A DNA stretch of 64,000 nt, from NCBI GenBank assembly GCA_934167465.1, contig CAKPKR010000003.1:2992-66991 (forward strand). Direction: 5' to 3'. The translations under genes were made by a program, and so were the position numbers. Below, one piece after another: positions 29,077 through 38,203 of the stretch; the first letter of the stretch is position 1, and each line of letters begins with the position of its first letter. The DNA is from an uncultured Bacilli bacterium (GTDB taxonomy: Bacteria > Bacillota_I > Bacilli_A > RF39 > UBA660). Below the pieces are notes generated by a model that saw only the letters and a program-made list of their open reading frames with translations, ran no database searches and was not told the origin of the DNA.

Positions 29077-29391
29077 ATGGAATATATACAATATTTAATA
29101 ATAATTGTTGTCGCTCTTTTAATAGCTTTTGCAATTATAAAATCAAAGAAAAAAGATTTCAAAATGGATGTGAACAAATTAGTTACTTATTTAGGTGGGA
29201 AAGACAATATTTTAGAGTATGAATTTTCTAAATCAAGATTCATTGTTACTTTAAAAAATGTCGACATAGTTAATAAAGAAGGAATCCAAAAAATGGGGGC
29301 TCAAGGTATAGTTGAAATAGATAATCAATTAAAAATTATAATTGGTGAAGAAGCAAAACAATTAAAAAAATATATAGATGAATTAAAATAA
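29077..29391 (+). CDS. membrane-anchored PTS EIIB-like domain protein (lacks the phospho-Cys)
   Basis: LGGKDNI...GAQGIVEIDNQLKIIIG resembles the EIIB fold without the catalytic Cys. Confidence 0.3.
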   Translation: MEYIQYLIIIVVALLIAFAIIKSKKKDFKMDVNKLVTYLGGKDNILEYEFSKSRFIVTLKNVDIVNKEGIQKMGAQGIVEIDNQLKIIIGEEAKQLKKYIDELK

Positions 29392-29445
29392 GCATTGAAA
29401 AATGCTTTTTTTCGACAAAAAATGACATAAATAAATTGTATAATT

Positions 29446-30654
29446 TTGTCGGAAGGTGATATATTGAATTTATTTGAAATAGTAGTTTTGGATGTTTCAT
29501 TAATTGTATTTCCGATATTGTGTTATATAGTGTATTTATTTTTTGCTAAAACTTTTAATCAACAAAGAAGTGAATTAATTTTAGATGTAGCATTAATATC
29601 ATCGGTTTACTTATCTTTAAAATATGGTTTTACTTCATGTCATGGAATTCCTTTAATTTTGTTTGATGTACCTTTTGTAATAGCTTGTATTAGAAAAAGA
29701 CATTTCAGTATGATAGCAATTTTAATTTTATTAATTTACTATTATAATGAAGAATATTCAATTAATTTATTATTTTTATTAATTAGTTATATGATATATA
29801 TTTTAAACATTTTTAAATCTAAAAAAATTGATTTTATAAGTATTTCATTAATTTTACGAAGTGTAATTTTCTATAGTTTATATATTAATAAAAATAATAT
29901 TGGAATTTTAATGGTTGTAATAATTATATTTTACATAATAACTAAATTTTTAATTAGTTTATTTAAAAATACAGAATCTATTTTTTCGCTATATAAATCT
30001 CTTCAAAATTTTGAAGAAGATAAAGAATCAAAAGAATCTTTATTCAAAATAACTCATGAAATTAAAAATCCAATAGCGGTGGTAAAAGGCTATTTAGATA
30101 TGTATGATATTAATAATATTGAACATTCAAATAAATATATTCCAATCATTAAAGAGGAAATAAATCGAGTTTTAATGTTATTAGAAGATTTCCTTAGTAT
30201 AACAAAAATTAAAGTTGAAAAAGAAGAAATGGATTTAGGATTTCTTTTAGAGGATATAAAAAATAATTTTGTTTTAATTCTAAAAAGTAAAAATATAAAA
30301 TTAATTTGTAATGATATAGATGAATTATATATTGAAGCAGATTATAATAGATTGAAACAAGTGCTTGTTAATTTGATTAAAAATAGCGTAGAATCAATTG
30401 AAAAAAATGGTACTATAAAATTATATATTTCTAATTCTAAAAATAAAGTAAAAATAATAATTGAAGATACAGGTATGGGAATGACTGAAGAGGAATTAAA
30501 ACAAATTAAAAATGCATTTTTTACAACAAAACAAAATGGTACTGGATTAGGAACATATTTATCAAATGAAATAATTAAAGCACATAATGGATTTATGAAA
30601 TACCATTCAAAAAAAAATAAGGGAACAAAAGTTGTTATTACAATTCCAAAATAA
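29446..30654 (+). CDS. orphan sensor histidine kinase
   Basis: About six transmembrane segments are followed by a HisKA box ITHEIKNPIAV and HATPase N/G boxes. The start is a TTG at 29446 or 29464. There is no adjacent response regulator. Confidence 0.6.
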   Translation: MSEGDILNLFEIVVLDVSLIVFPILCYIVYLFFAKTFNQQRSELILDVALISSVYLSLKYGFTSCHGIPLILFDVPFVIACIRKRHFSMIAILILLIYYYNEEYSINLLFLLISYMIYILNIFKSKKIDFISISLILRSVIFYSLYINKNNIGILMVVIIIFYIITKFLISLFKNTESIFSLYKSLQNFEEDKESKESLFKITHEIKNPIAVVKGYLDMYDINNIEHSNKYIPIIKEEINRVLMLLEDFLSITKIKVEKEEMDLGFLLEDIKNNFVLILKSKNIKLICNDIDELYIEADYNRLKQVLVNLIKNSVESIEKNGTIKLYISNSKNKVKIIIEDTGMGMTEEELKQIKNAFFTTKQNGTGLGTYLSNEIIKAHNGFMKYHSKKNKGTKVVITIPK

Positions 30655-30686
30655 AAAGGATATTATTTAATATCCATTATAACAGG
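30655..30686. terminator. bidirectional terminator between the histidine kinase gene and rnjA
   Basis: The palindrome GGATAT-tattta-ATATCC is flanked by A and T runs. Confidence 0.45.
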
Positions 30687-32333
30687 TAGAATAATAGGTT
30701 TTCTTCCTGTTTTTTCATATGCATAATTTGATAAAACATTTAAAACATCAGTTTTGATATCAGAAAAGTTATTATTTTTAGTTAATTTTTCTAATATTGT
30801 TTTTTTAGCTAAACTTTCGATTGATTTTAGTAATTCTTCATTTTCATTTACTTGAACAAATCCTCTAGTTGTTATATTAACTTTACCTAATAATTCAGAT
30901 TTTTTCATGTTAATATTTGCTATTACAACAATAATTCCGTCGTTAGCCATAACTTTTCGATCTCTTATAACAGCTGATCCAATATCACCAATTCTATTTC
31001 CATCTACATATGTATCACCAGCAGGAATTTTTCCTGCTTTTTTAATTTTTCCTTTTTTTATGGATAAAACATCTCCATTTTCAAGGATAAATGTATTTTG
31101 TTTAGGTATACCACAATCAATAGCAATATCAGCATGTTTTTTTAACATTCTATATTCACCATGAAATGGCATAATATAAGTTGGGTTTATAAGTCTAATC
31201 ATTAATTTTAATTCTTCTTCATAAGCATGTCCAGAAGTATGAACATCAGATAAAGATGTATTAGTATATACTTTAACACCTTTTAAATATAATTTATTTA
31301 TTGTTCTTGATATACTTAATGCATTACCTGGAATAGCAGAAGAAGAGAACACTACTACATCACTATCGGGTCTTAGTGTGATATATTTGTGACTTCCGTC
31401 AGCAATTCTTGATAAAGCCGCTAAAGGTTCTCCTTGACTACCAGTACATAATAAACATACTTTGCTAGGAGGTAATTTATTGGCTTCCTCAGCAGAAATA
31501 AATATTTCTTTATTTTTAATATAGCCACCTTGAATAGAAATTTCAATATTATTTTCCATACTTCTACCAAATGTAGTTATTTTTCTACCAGTTTTTTTAC
31601 AATTATCAACTATATGTTTTAATCTATATATATTTGAAGCAAATGTGGCAATGATAACTCTACCTTTTTCTTTTTTTAATATTTCATATAAAGCATCATC
31701 AACTTTTGATTCACTTTTACTCATCCCTTCATTTAAAGCATTAGTACTATCACTTAGTAATAGTGTAACACCTCTTTTACCAATTTCAGCCATTTTATGT
31801 AAATTAGCCATTGGTCCTATAGGCGTTAAATCAAATTTAAAATCTCCCGTAGTTACTATTCTACCATTTGGGGTAGTAATACAAAATCCGTGTGAATCTG
31901 GTATAGAGTGTGTTGTTCTAAAGAATTCAACTTCTATATTTTTAAATTTTACTTTAGTTTTTTCGTTGTAAATAATTAAATTTTTATATTGAATATTTCT
32001 ATCTTCTAATTTTTTTCTTATTAAACCAACGGCTTGATTTGGAGCATATATATAAGGTATATTAATCGTTTGTAATAAAAATGGTATTGCTCCTATATGA
32101 TCCTCGTGTCCGTGTGTTATAAATAAAGCTTTAATTTTATTTTCGTTTTTCTTAAGGAAAGTAACATCTGGTATTATATAATCAATACCTAATTGTTCTC
32201 CCTCAGGAAAAGTCATACCCGCATCTGTAATAATTATTTCATTTCCATGCATTACACAATACATGTTTTTTCCGACTTCACCCAAACCTCCTAAAGCAAA
32301 TACTTTAGTGTCTGTGTCATCAAAAAATTTCAT
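30663..32333 (-). CDS. rnjA: ribonuclease J
   Basis: The metallo-beta-lactamase motif HGHEDHIGA, a beta-CASP domain and the RNase J C-terminal domain are present, in 556 aa. Confidence 0.9.
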   Translation of the reverse strand: MKFFDDTDTKVFALGGLGEVGKNMYCVMHGNEIIITDAGMTFPEGEQLGIDYIIPDVTFLKKNENKIKALFITHGHEDHIGAIPFLLQTINIPYIYAPNQAVGLIRKKLEDRNIQYKNLIIYNEKTKVKFKNIEVEFFRTTHSIPDSHGFCITTPNGRIVTTGDFKFDLTPIGPMANLHKMAEIGKRGVTLLLSDSTNALNEGMSKSESKVDDALYEILKKEKGRVIIATFASNIYRLKHIVDNCKKTGRKITTFGRSMENNIEISIQGGYIKNKEIFISAEEANKLPPSKVCLLCTGSQGEPLAALSRIADGSHKYITLRPDSDVVVFSSSAIPGNALSISRTINKLYLKGVKVYTNTSLSDVHTSGHAYEEELKLMIRLINPTYIMPFHGEYRMLKKHADIAIDCGIPKQNTFILENGDVLSIKKGKIKKAGKIPAGDTYVDGNRIGDIGSAVIRDRKVMANDGIIVVIANINMKKSELLGKVNITTRGFVQVNENEELLKSIESLAKKTILEKLTKNNNFSDIKTDVLNVLSNYAYEKTGRKPIILPVIMDIK

Positions 32334-32407
32334 AAAAACTCCTTTCTTTAATAAAATAACTCAACTTCATAATTATATACTTTTTTTTAAAATTTGACAA
32401 GTTCACC

Positions 32408-32438
32408 TTGACAAAAACGTCTGGGGGGGGGGTATGAT
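32408..32438 (+). promoter_or_regulatory. poly-G promoter of A1: TTGACA, spacer with G10 at 32423-32432, TATGAT
   Basis: The spacer is 19 nt. The homopolymer lies exactly between the -35 and the -10. Confidence 0.7.
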
Positions 32439-32461
32439 ATTGATAGAAAGTAGGAATCTAG

Positions 32462-32917
32462 ATGAAAAAAGTAATAAAAAATAGAATGTTTTTGGTGATT
32501 ATAATAACTATCATAGTTACTAGTGTAAGTGTATATGCCGCAACCACATATAAAGCAACAGATGTAATATATAAAGCAAGTGATGGAACAAGTATGAATG
32601 TAAATGATGCTTTAAATGAATTATATAATAAAAGTAATAATACAGGATATCCTGATATTAAAATTTATTATGATTCAGGTTGGGGTGGTGGTACTTGTCA
32701 AGCATTTGCTAATTTTAATATACCTAAAGGGTATAATTATTTAGAAGTAATACCACCATATGTTAGTTCTGAACATAGTTCATCTATGGAAGGAAAAATA
32801 ATTTCTCTTAATCAAAAGATTAATGTTTCGGAAAAAGATAGTGTACGAGTAAATGTATATAATGAAGCTACTAGTGGAGCTTGTAGAGCAAATGGTACTA
32901 TTGTACTTAGTCATTAA
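32462..32917 (+). CDS. variable secreted protein family member A1
   Basis: The conserved N-terminus MKKVIKNRMFLVII...YAATTYKATDVIYKASDGTSMNVNDALNELYNK is followed by a variable C-terminus. Confidence 0.65.
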   Translation: MKKVIKNRMFLVIIITIIVTSVSVYAATTYKATDVIYKASDGTSMNVNDALNELYNKSNNTGYPDIKIYYDSGWGGGTCQAFANFNIPKGYNYLEVIPPYVSSEHSSSMEGKIISLNQKINVSEKDSVRVNVYNEATSGACRANGTIVLSH

Positions 32918-32924
32918 TTTTATA

Positions 32925-32975
32925 ACTATATTTCAATTATTATTATTATTATGAATAAAGGTTTTTAGAACCTTT
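32925..32975 (+). terminator. terminator after A1
   Basis: AAAGGTTtttagAACCTTT is followed by a T-run. An (ATT)5 microsatellite lies just upstream. Confidence 0.5.
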
Positions 32976-33032
32976 TTAAATTTTATTATTATTTTTTATA
33001 TAAAGTTTTTTTCACAATTTTTTGAAAATTTC

Positions 33033-33063
33033 TTGACTTTTACGTCTGGGGGGGGGGTATGAT
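33033..33063 (+). promoter_or_regulatory. poly-G promoter of A2: TTGACT, spacer with G10 at 33048-33057, TATGAT
   Basis: The spacer is 19 nt. Confidence 0.7.
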
Positions 33064-33086
33064 ATATCTAGAAAGTAGGAATCTAG

Positions 33087-33551
33087 ATGAAAAAAATAAT
33101 GAAAAGTAGAATATTTTTAGTAATTATAATAACTATCATAGTTGCTAGCGTAAGTGTATATGCCGCAACCACATATAAAGCAACAGATGTAATATATAAA
33201 GCAAGTGATGGAACAAGTATGAATGTAAATGATGCTTTAAATGAATTATATAATAAAAGTAATAATACAGGATATCCTGATATTACAATGTATCTTGATT
33301 CAGGTTATGTAGCAGCAGCTAATTGTGCAACCTCTGTTACTATTGATATACCTGATGGTTATAATTATTTAACTGTAACAACTACTGGTAATGTTTCACA
33401 AACTAAGATAGCAATGGATAGCACATATGTTACTTCTGGAGAGAAATATGATGTTTCAGAGAAAAATAGTATATTAATAAAAATTATACATTATAAAAAT
33501 TCTAGTGGTACGTATTCTAGAGCAATGGGAACTATTGTACTCAGTCATTAA
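33087..33551 (+). CDS. variable secreted protein family member A2
   Basis: A tandem paralog of A1 and A3. Confidence 0.65.
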   Translation: MKKIMKSRIFLVIIITIIVASVSVYAATTYKATDVIYKASDGTSMNVNDALNELYNKSNNTGYPDITMYLDSGYVAAANCATSVTIDIPDGYNYLTVTTTGNVSQTKIAMDSTYVTSGEKYDVSEKNSILIKIIHYKNSSGTYSRAMGTIVLSH

Positions 33552-33661
33552 TTTTTAGCTATATTTCAATTATTATTATTATGAATAAAGGTTTCTAGAA
33601 CCTTTTTAAATTTTATTATTACTTTTTATAAAATTTTTTTTTATAAATTTTTGAAAATTTC

Positions 33662-33691
33662 TTGACTTTTACGTCTGGGGGGGGGTATGAT
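33662..33691 (+). promoter_or_regulatory. poly-G promoter of A3: TTGACT, spacer with G9 at 33677-33685, TATGAT
   Basis: The spacer is 18 nt. Confidence 0.7.
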
Positions 33692-33714
33692 ATATCTAGA
33701 AAGTAGGAATCTAG

Positions 33715-34173
33715 ATGAAAAAAGTAATAAAAAATAGAATGTTTTTGGTGATTATAATAACTATCATAGTTACTAGTGTAAGTGTATATGCCGCAACCAC
33801 ATATAAAGCAACAGATGTAATATATAAAGCAAGTGATGGAACAAGTATGAATGTAAATGATGCTTTAAATGAATTATATAATAAAAGTAATAATACAGGA
33901 TATCCTAATATTACAATGTACCTTGATTCAGGTTATGTAGCAGCAGCTAATTGTTCTGATTCCATTACTATTGATATACCTGATGGGTATAATTATTTAA
34001 CTGTAACAATTAATTATCCATCTATTGATACAATAAAGATGGATGGAACAATTATTACTTCTGGAGAAAAATATAATGTTTCTGAAAAAGAAAAAGTATT
34101 AATAAGTGTATCACAAATAAATACGGGTGGAACTTATGTTAGAGCAAAAGGAACTATTGTTCTTACTCGTTAA
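33715..34173 (+). CDS. variable secreted protein family member A3
   Basis: A tandem paralog. Its C-terminus is GTIVLTR. Confidence 0.65.
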   Translation: MKKVIKNRMFLVIIITIIVTSVSVYAATTYKATDVIYKASDGTSMNVNDALNELYNKSNNTGYPNITMYLDSGYVAAANCSDSITIDIPDGYNYLTVTINYPSIDTIKMDGTIITSGEKYNVSEKEKVLISVSQINTGGTYVRAKGTIVLTR

Positions 34174-34352
34174 TTTTCTTCTAATTTTAGTATTAAATAA
34201 TAACTGATAGTTTTTAAAAATTTTGATTACCATTATAATGTGTTTACTAATTGCATTTTTAATAAACGATAAATTAATTATTATAAGAAATAAAGGTTTA
34301 TGAACCTTTTTTTTATAAAAAAAATATAGTATAATTAATAAAGGTGATTAAA

Positions 34353-35654
34353 ATGTTTGAAAGTTTAGGCGATAGATTAGAATCAGCCGTAAATAAAATA
34401 AAAGGCTATGGGAAGATAACAGAAGAAAATATTACAGAAGTAACTAGAGAAATTAGATTAGCGCTTCTTGAAGCAGATGTTAATTATGTAGTTGTAAAAG
34501 AATTTATATCAAGTGTTAAAGAAAAAGCTTTAGGTGAGGAAGTTACTAAAAGCTTAAAACCTGGAGAAGTGTTTGTCAAAATTTTGAAGGATGAATTAGT
34601 TGAATTATTAGGTGGAGAGAAAAAAGATTTAAATCTAAATGGTAATCCAGCAATATTAATGTTAGTTGGTTTACAAGGTAGTGGTAAAACTACAACAATT
34701 GGTAAACTTGCAAATATGCTAAGAAAGAAACATAAAAAAAATCCATTGTTAGTTGCTTGTGACATTTATAGACCGGCTGCAATTGATCAATTAAAACAAT
34801 TAGGAAAAGAATTAAATATTGAGGTATATAGTGAAGGTACTAATAATCCAGTAGAAATAGCTGCAAATGCTATAAAATATGCTAAAGAAAACAAATTTGA
34901 TTATGTTTTAATAGATACAGCAGGTAGACTTCATATAGATGAAGAATTAATGAATGAACTAATAAATATTAAAAAATCAGTAAATCCAAATGAAATTTTG
35001 TTGGTTATTGATAGCATGATGGGACAAGATGCAATTAATGTAATAACAGGATTTAATGATAAATTACCATTAACAGGAGCTATTTTAACTAAGTTAGATG
35101 GAGATACAAGAGGAGGAGCGGCTTTATCAATTAGACATTTAACTAATATTCCGATTAAATTTATAGGTGTTTCAGAGAAATTAGATGGACTAGAAGAATT
35201 CTATCCGGAAAGAATGGCTACACGTATTTTGGGAATGGGAGATATTATGTCAATGATAGAAAAAGCAGAATCTGTTATTGATGAAAAAGAAGCTCTTGAT
35301 TTAGCAAGAAAAATGGAAAAAGGAAAATTTGATTTAGAAGATTTTTTAAAACAAATGGAACAAATAAAAAAATTAGGACCTTTAGAAAATTTAATTAAAA
35401 TGATACCAGGCGCTAAAAAAATGGGATTAAATAATGTTAAAATAAATCCTAAAGATATGGCTCATATAGAAGCAATAATAAAATCAATGACATCTTATGA
35501 AAGGAAAAACCCAGATATTTTAAAGGCAAGTAGAAAAATAAGAATTGCTAAAGGTAGTGGTAGAAGTGTTGAAGAAGTTAATAGACTTTTAAAACAATTT
35601 GAAGAAATGAAAAAAATGATGAAACTTATGAAAAATGGAAAAATGCCTTTTTAA
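34353..35654 (+). CDS. ffh: signal recognition particle protein Ffh
   Basis: The NG domain has GLQGSGKTTT and DTAGR. The M domain is Met-rich. Confidence 0.95.
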   Translation: MFESLGDRLESAVNKIKGYGKITEENITEVTREIRLALLEADVNYVVVKEFISSVKEKALGEEVTKSLKPGEVFVKILKDELVELLGGEKKDLNLNGNPAILMLVGLQGSGKTTTIGKLANMLRKKHKKNPLLVACDIYRPAAIDQLKQLGKELNIEVYSEGTNNPVEIAANAIKYAKENKFDYVLIDTAGRLHIDEELMNELINIKKSVNPNEILLVIDSMMGQDAINVITGFNDKLPLTGAILTKLDGDTRGGAALSIRHLTNIPIKFIGVSEKLDGLEEFYPERMATRILGMGDIMSMIEKAESVIDEKEALDLARKMEKGKFDLEDFLKQMEQIKKLGPLENLIKMIPGAKKMGLNNVKINPKDMAHIEAIIKSMTSYERKNPDILKASRKIRIAKGSGRSVEEVNRLLKQFEEMKKMMKLMKNGKMPF

Positions 35655-35729
35655 TGAAAAAATATGACAATTATCATATTCATATTTATACCTAGTACAT
35701 AAGATAAACTAGGTAAGGAGGAATCAGTG

Positions 35730-36002
35730 ATGTTTTGTAATAGAAACTGTTGCCGACAAGGATTCGGAATGAATCAAAATATGATGCAACCAATGTTGGA
35801 AAATCAAGTTGTTGAACCAACAATTACAAAATGTGTTGAACAAGAATTCTATCATGAAGTACCACATGTTTGTCCAATACATACGCATACAATAAATAAA
35901 CATATTTATAAACATACTTATACTCCACAATTCTCTTGTTCAGAAGAATGTCAAGTTGTAAATATGGATTGTGGTAAATGTTCTGGATTTGTAGGACAAT
36001 AA
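35730..36002 (+). CDS. CotD-like Cys/His-rich spore coat protein
   Basis: VVEPTITKCVEQEFYHEVPHVCPIHTHTINKHIYKHTYTP resembles the CotD family. The Shine-Dalgarno sequence is AAGGAGG. Confidence 0.5.
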   Translation: MFCNRNCCRQGFGMNQNMMQPMLENQVVEPTITKCVEQEFYHEVPHVCPIHTHTINKHIYKHTYTPQFSCSEECQVVNMDCGKCSGFVGQ

Positions 36003-36036
36003 AATCAAGTTTAAACTTGATTTTTTTTTGAAACAT
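36003..36036 (+). terminator. rho-independent terminator
   Basis: AATCAAGTttaaACTTGATT is followed by T9. Confidence 0.55.
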
Positions 36037-36121
36037 CATTAAATGGCTATATTTAAAAATAATTTAAACTTTACTAAATAAAAAAAATAATGTAAAATAT
36101 AATTTATTGGAGGCATAAAAT

Positions 36122-36838
36122 ATGGGAAGAGCTTATGAAGTAAGAAAAGCAAGCATTCAAAAAACAGGTGCTGCAAGAGGTAAAATTTATACAATGTATG
36201 CTAAAGAAATATACCAAGCGGCAAAAAATGGAGGAACAGAACCATCTAGTAATGCTACATTAAAAAGATTATTAGATAGAGCAAAAAAAGAACAAGTACC
36301 AAGTGATATTATTAAAAGAGCAATTGATAAAGTAAATAGTGGAGTTGATGAAAACTATCAACAAACTGTATATGAAATGTTTGGACCAGCTGGGGCAACA
36401 TTAGTAATAGAATGTTTAACTGATAATTTAAATAGAACAGTTAGTGAACTTAGAGCAGTAGTAAATAAATGCCATATAAAGATGGGTGCTATGGGAAGTG
36501 TTTTATTTAATTATGATCATTTATGTGTAGTTGGATTTAAAGGTTTAACAGAAGAAGAAACAATGGAAGCATTAATTGAAAATGGCGCTGATTTTATTGA
36601 TATGGAAAATGATGATAATAGTATTATTGTTTATGGTAATCCACAAGATTTATATCAAATAAAAGAAGCTATTTCAACTAAATTACCTGATGTTGAATTT
36701 GATATTGATGAAATAACATATATGGCTAAAGAAAAAATTAATATATCAGGTGATGATTTAGTTATTTTTGAAAGAGTATTATCAATGTTAGATGATGTTG
36801 AAGATGTTCAAAATGTATATCATAATGTAAATTTATAA
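36122..36838 (+). CDS. yebC: YebC/PmpR-family transcriptional regulator
   Basis: MGRAYEVRKASIQKTGAARGK and the overall profile match the YebC family. Confidence 0.9.
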   Translation: MGRAYEVRKASIQKTGAARGKIYTMYAKEIYQAAKNGGTEPSSNATLKRLLDRAKKEQVPSDIIKRAIDKVNSGVDENYQQTVYEMFGPAGATLVIECLTDNLNRTVSELRAVVNKCHIKMGAMGSVLFNYDHLCVVGFKGLTEEETMEALIENGADFIDMENDDNSIIVYGNPQDLYQIKEAISTKLPDVEFDIDEITYMAKEKINISGDDLVIFERVLSMLDDVEDVQNVYHNVNL

Positions 36839-36871
36839 TGTTGTATTATATTTTTTTAGAAAGGAAAAAAT

Positions 36872-37486
36872 ATGCAATATAAAAATAATGATGAAATAAG
36901 AGAATACTTTAAATTGTTAAGAAAAGGACATACGGAATATAGAGAAAAGATAATAGTTAATTATTTAGATTTAGTTTATTCAATTATTAATGAGATGAAG
37001 TTAAATGATGATTTTTTTTCTGATGGATGTATAGGACTTATTAAAGCTGTTGATAGTTATGATACTAATAAAGATGTTAAATTTATAACTTATGCTACAA
37101 AATGTATTAGAAATTATATTATAACAGAATTGAGAAATAATTCTGAAAATGTTAAAACATTTAGTTTAAATGATGCTATAAATGTTAATAATGATGGTGA
37201 TAGTACTACAATAGAAGATACACTATATGATGAAGAATATGATGTATTAAATAACTATTTATTAAAAGAAGAATATGATGAATTGAGACTAATATTATCA
37301 AATTTAAATGAAAAAGAGTTGACAATAATCAATTTATATTATGGCTTTAATTGTGAACGATTAACGCAAAAGGAAATTGCAATTATTTTTAATACTAGTA
37401 GTGCTAATATTTCTAGACTAATAAAAAAAATTGAAGATAAATTAAGAATTCAATATAAAAATAAAATATTGACTAAACACAAATAA
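36872..37486 (+). CDS. sigma-70 family sigma factor, group 3 (SigF/SigG/FliA-like)
   Basis: Region 2, GCIGLIKAVDSYDTNKDVKFITYATKCIRNYI, and a region 4 helix-turn-helix, LTQKEIAIIFNTSSANISRL, are present. Confidence 0.6.
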   Translation: MQYKNNDEIREYFKLLRKGHTEYREKIIVNYLDLVYSIINEMKLNDDFFSDGCIGLIKAVDSYDTNKDVKFITYATKCIRNYIITELRNNSENVKTFSLNDAINVNNDGDSTTIEDTLYDEEYDVLNNYLLKEEYDELRLILSNLNEKELTIINLYYGFNCERLTQKEIAIIFNTSSANISRLIKKIEDKLRIQYKNKILTKHK

Positions 37487-37499
37487 AGTATTAATATAT

Positions 37500-37620
37500 A
37501 ATTATAGATGTGTTGACGGACTGGAAACCCTGAGCAATATAAAAAGAGCTGATTCTTCTAGAATAAGTAAGGTGGAACCGCGGGTTAGACTCGTCCTTAC
37601 ATTTTCTAGAAGTTTTTTTG
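37500..37620 (+). promoter_or_regulatory. T-box riboswitch leader (Gly) upstream of LOG-glyQS
   Basis: The T-box sequence AAGGTGGAACCGCGGG is at 37569-37584. A terminator, CTTCTAGAA...TTCTAGAAG plus T7, can compete with an antiterminator. Confidence 0.7.
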
Positions 37621-37636
37621 AAAATTGGGAGGTACT

Positions 37637-38203
37637 ATGAATGTATTAATATTGTCTTCTTCAAGAGAAGAAATTGATCCATATTATAAAAGTATAGCTA
37701 GAAGCATATCAAGTTTTTTAGCAAAATCTGAATGTGATTTAGTATTTGGTGCAGCATCTTCTTCAATGATGGGAATTTGTTATGAAGAATTTGTTAAAAA
37801 TAATAGAAATGTTTATTCTTTTACAACAAAAAAACATATAGATGATTTAAAGAAATTAGACAAAAGTGAACATTATATAAGAGAGACAACTTTTGATTTG
37901 AAAAAAGATATGTTTTTCAATAGTGATTTTATTGTTTGTTTACCTGGTGGCGTTGGAACAATATCAGAATTATTAACCTATATAGAAGAAAAAAGATCAA
38001 ACGATAGCAATAAACCGATAATAGTTTATGATGAAAATAATTTTTATGATAAGATTATTGAATCATTAAAAGAATTGGTAAATGAAGGATTTGTTTCAGA
38101 AGATATATTTGATATGTTTAAGATAATTAAAAATCCAAATGATTTTAAAAATGAATATTATGAAATAAAATATAATTATTTAAGTAAAGGGAGAGTGAAA
38201 TAA
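37637..38203 (+). CDS. LOG-family protein (lysine-decarboxylase-like / nucleotide 5'-monophosphate nucleosidase fold)
   Basis: [10 protein letters not shown] matches the PGGxGTxxE motif. Its stop codon overlaps the glyQS start codon. Confidence 0.7.
   Translation: MNVLILSSSREEIDPYYKSIARSISSFLAKSECDLVFGAASSSMMGICYEEFVKNNRNVYSFTTKKHIDDLKKLDKSEHYIRETTFDLKKDMFFNSDFIVCLPGGVGTISELLTYIEEKRSNDSNKPIIVYDENNFYDKIIESLKELVNEGFVSEDIFDMFKIIKNPNDFKNEYYEIKYNYLSKGRVK

Noticed and set aside
32938-32955. An (ATT)5 microsatellite between A1 and A2, repeated after A2, as an additional slip site.
   Set aside because: It lies in the terminator-proximal intergenic region, not in a promoter or ORF. Such short AT repeats are common background in this composition.
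32400-34200. Whether the repeated units are a CRISPR array or IS elements.
   Set aside because: There are no short direct repeats separated by unique spacers. No transposase or inverted terminal repeats bound the units. The repeats are promoter-gene cassettes and sRNA/peptide modules instead.
35655-35729. A hairpin CCTAGT..ACTAGG and CATA-rich sequence upstream of the CotD-like gene as a sigma-K promoter.
   Set aside because: The spacing does not fit AC-17-CATAnnnTA cleanly. It cannot be called without the consensus for this organism.
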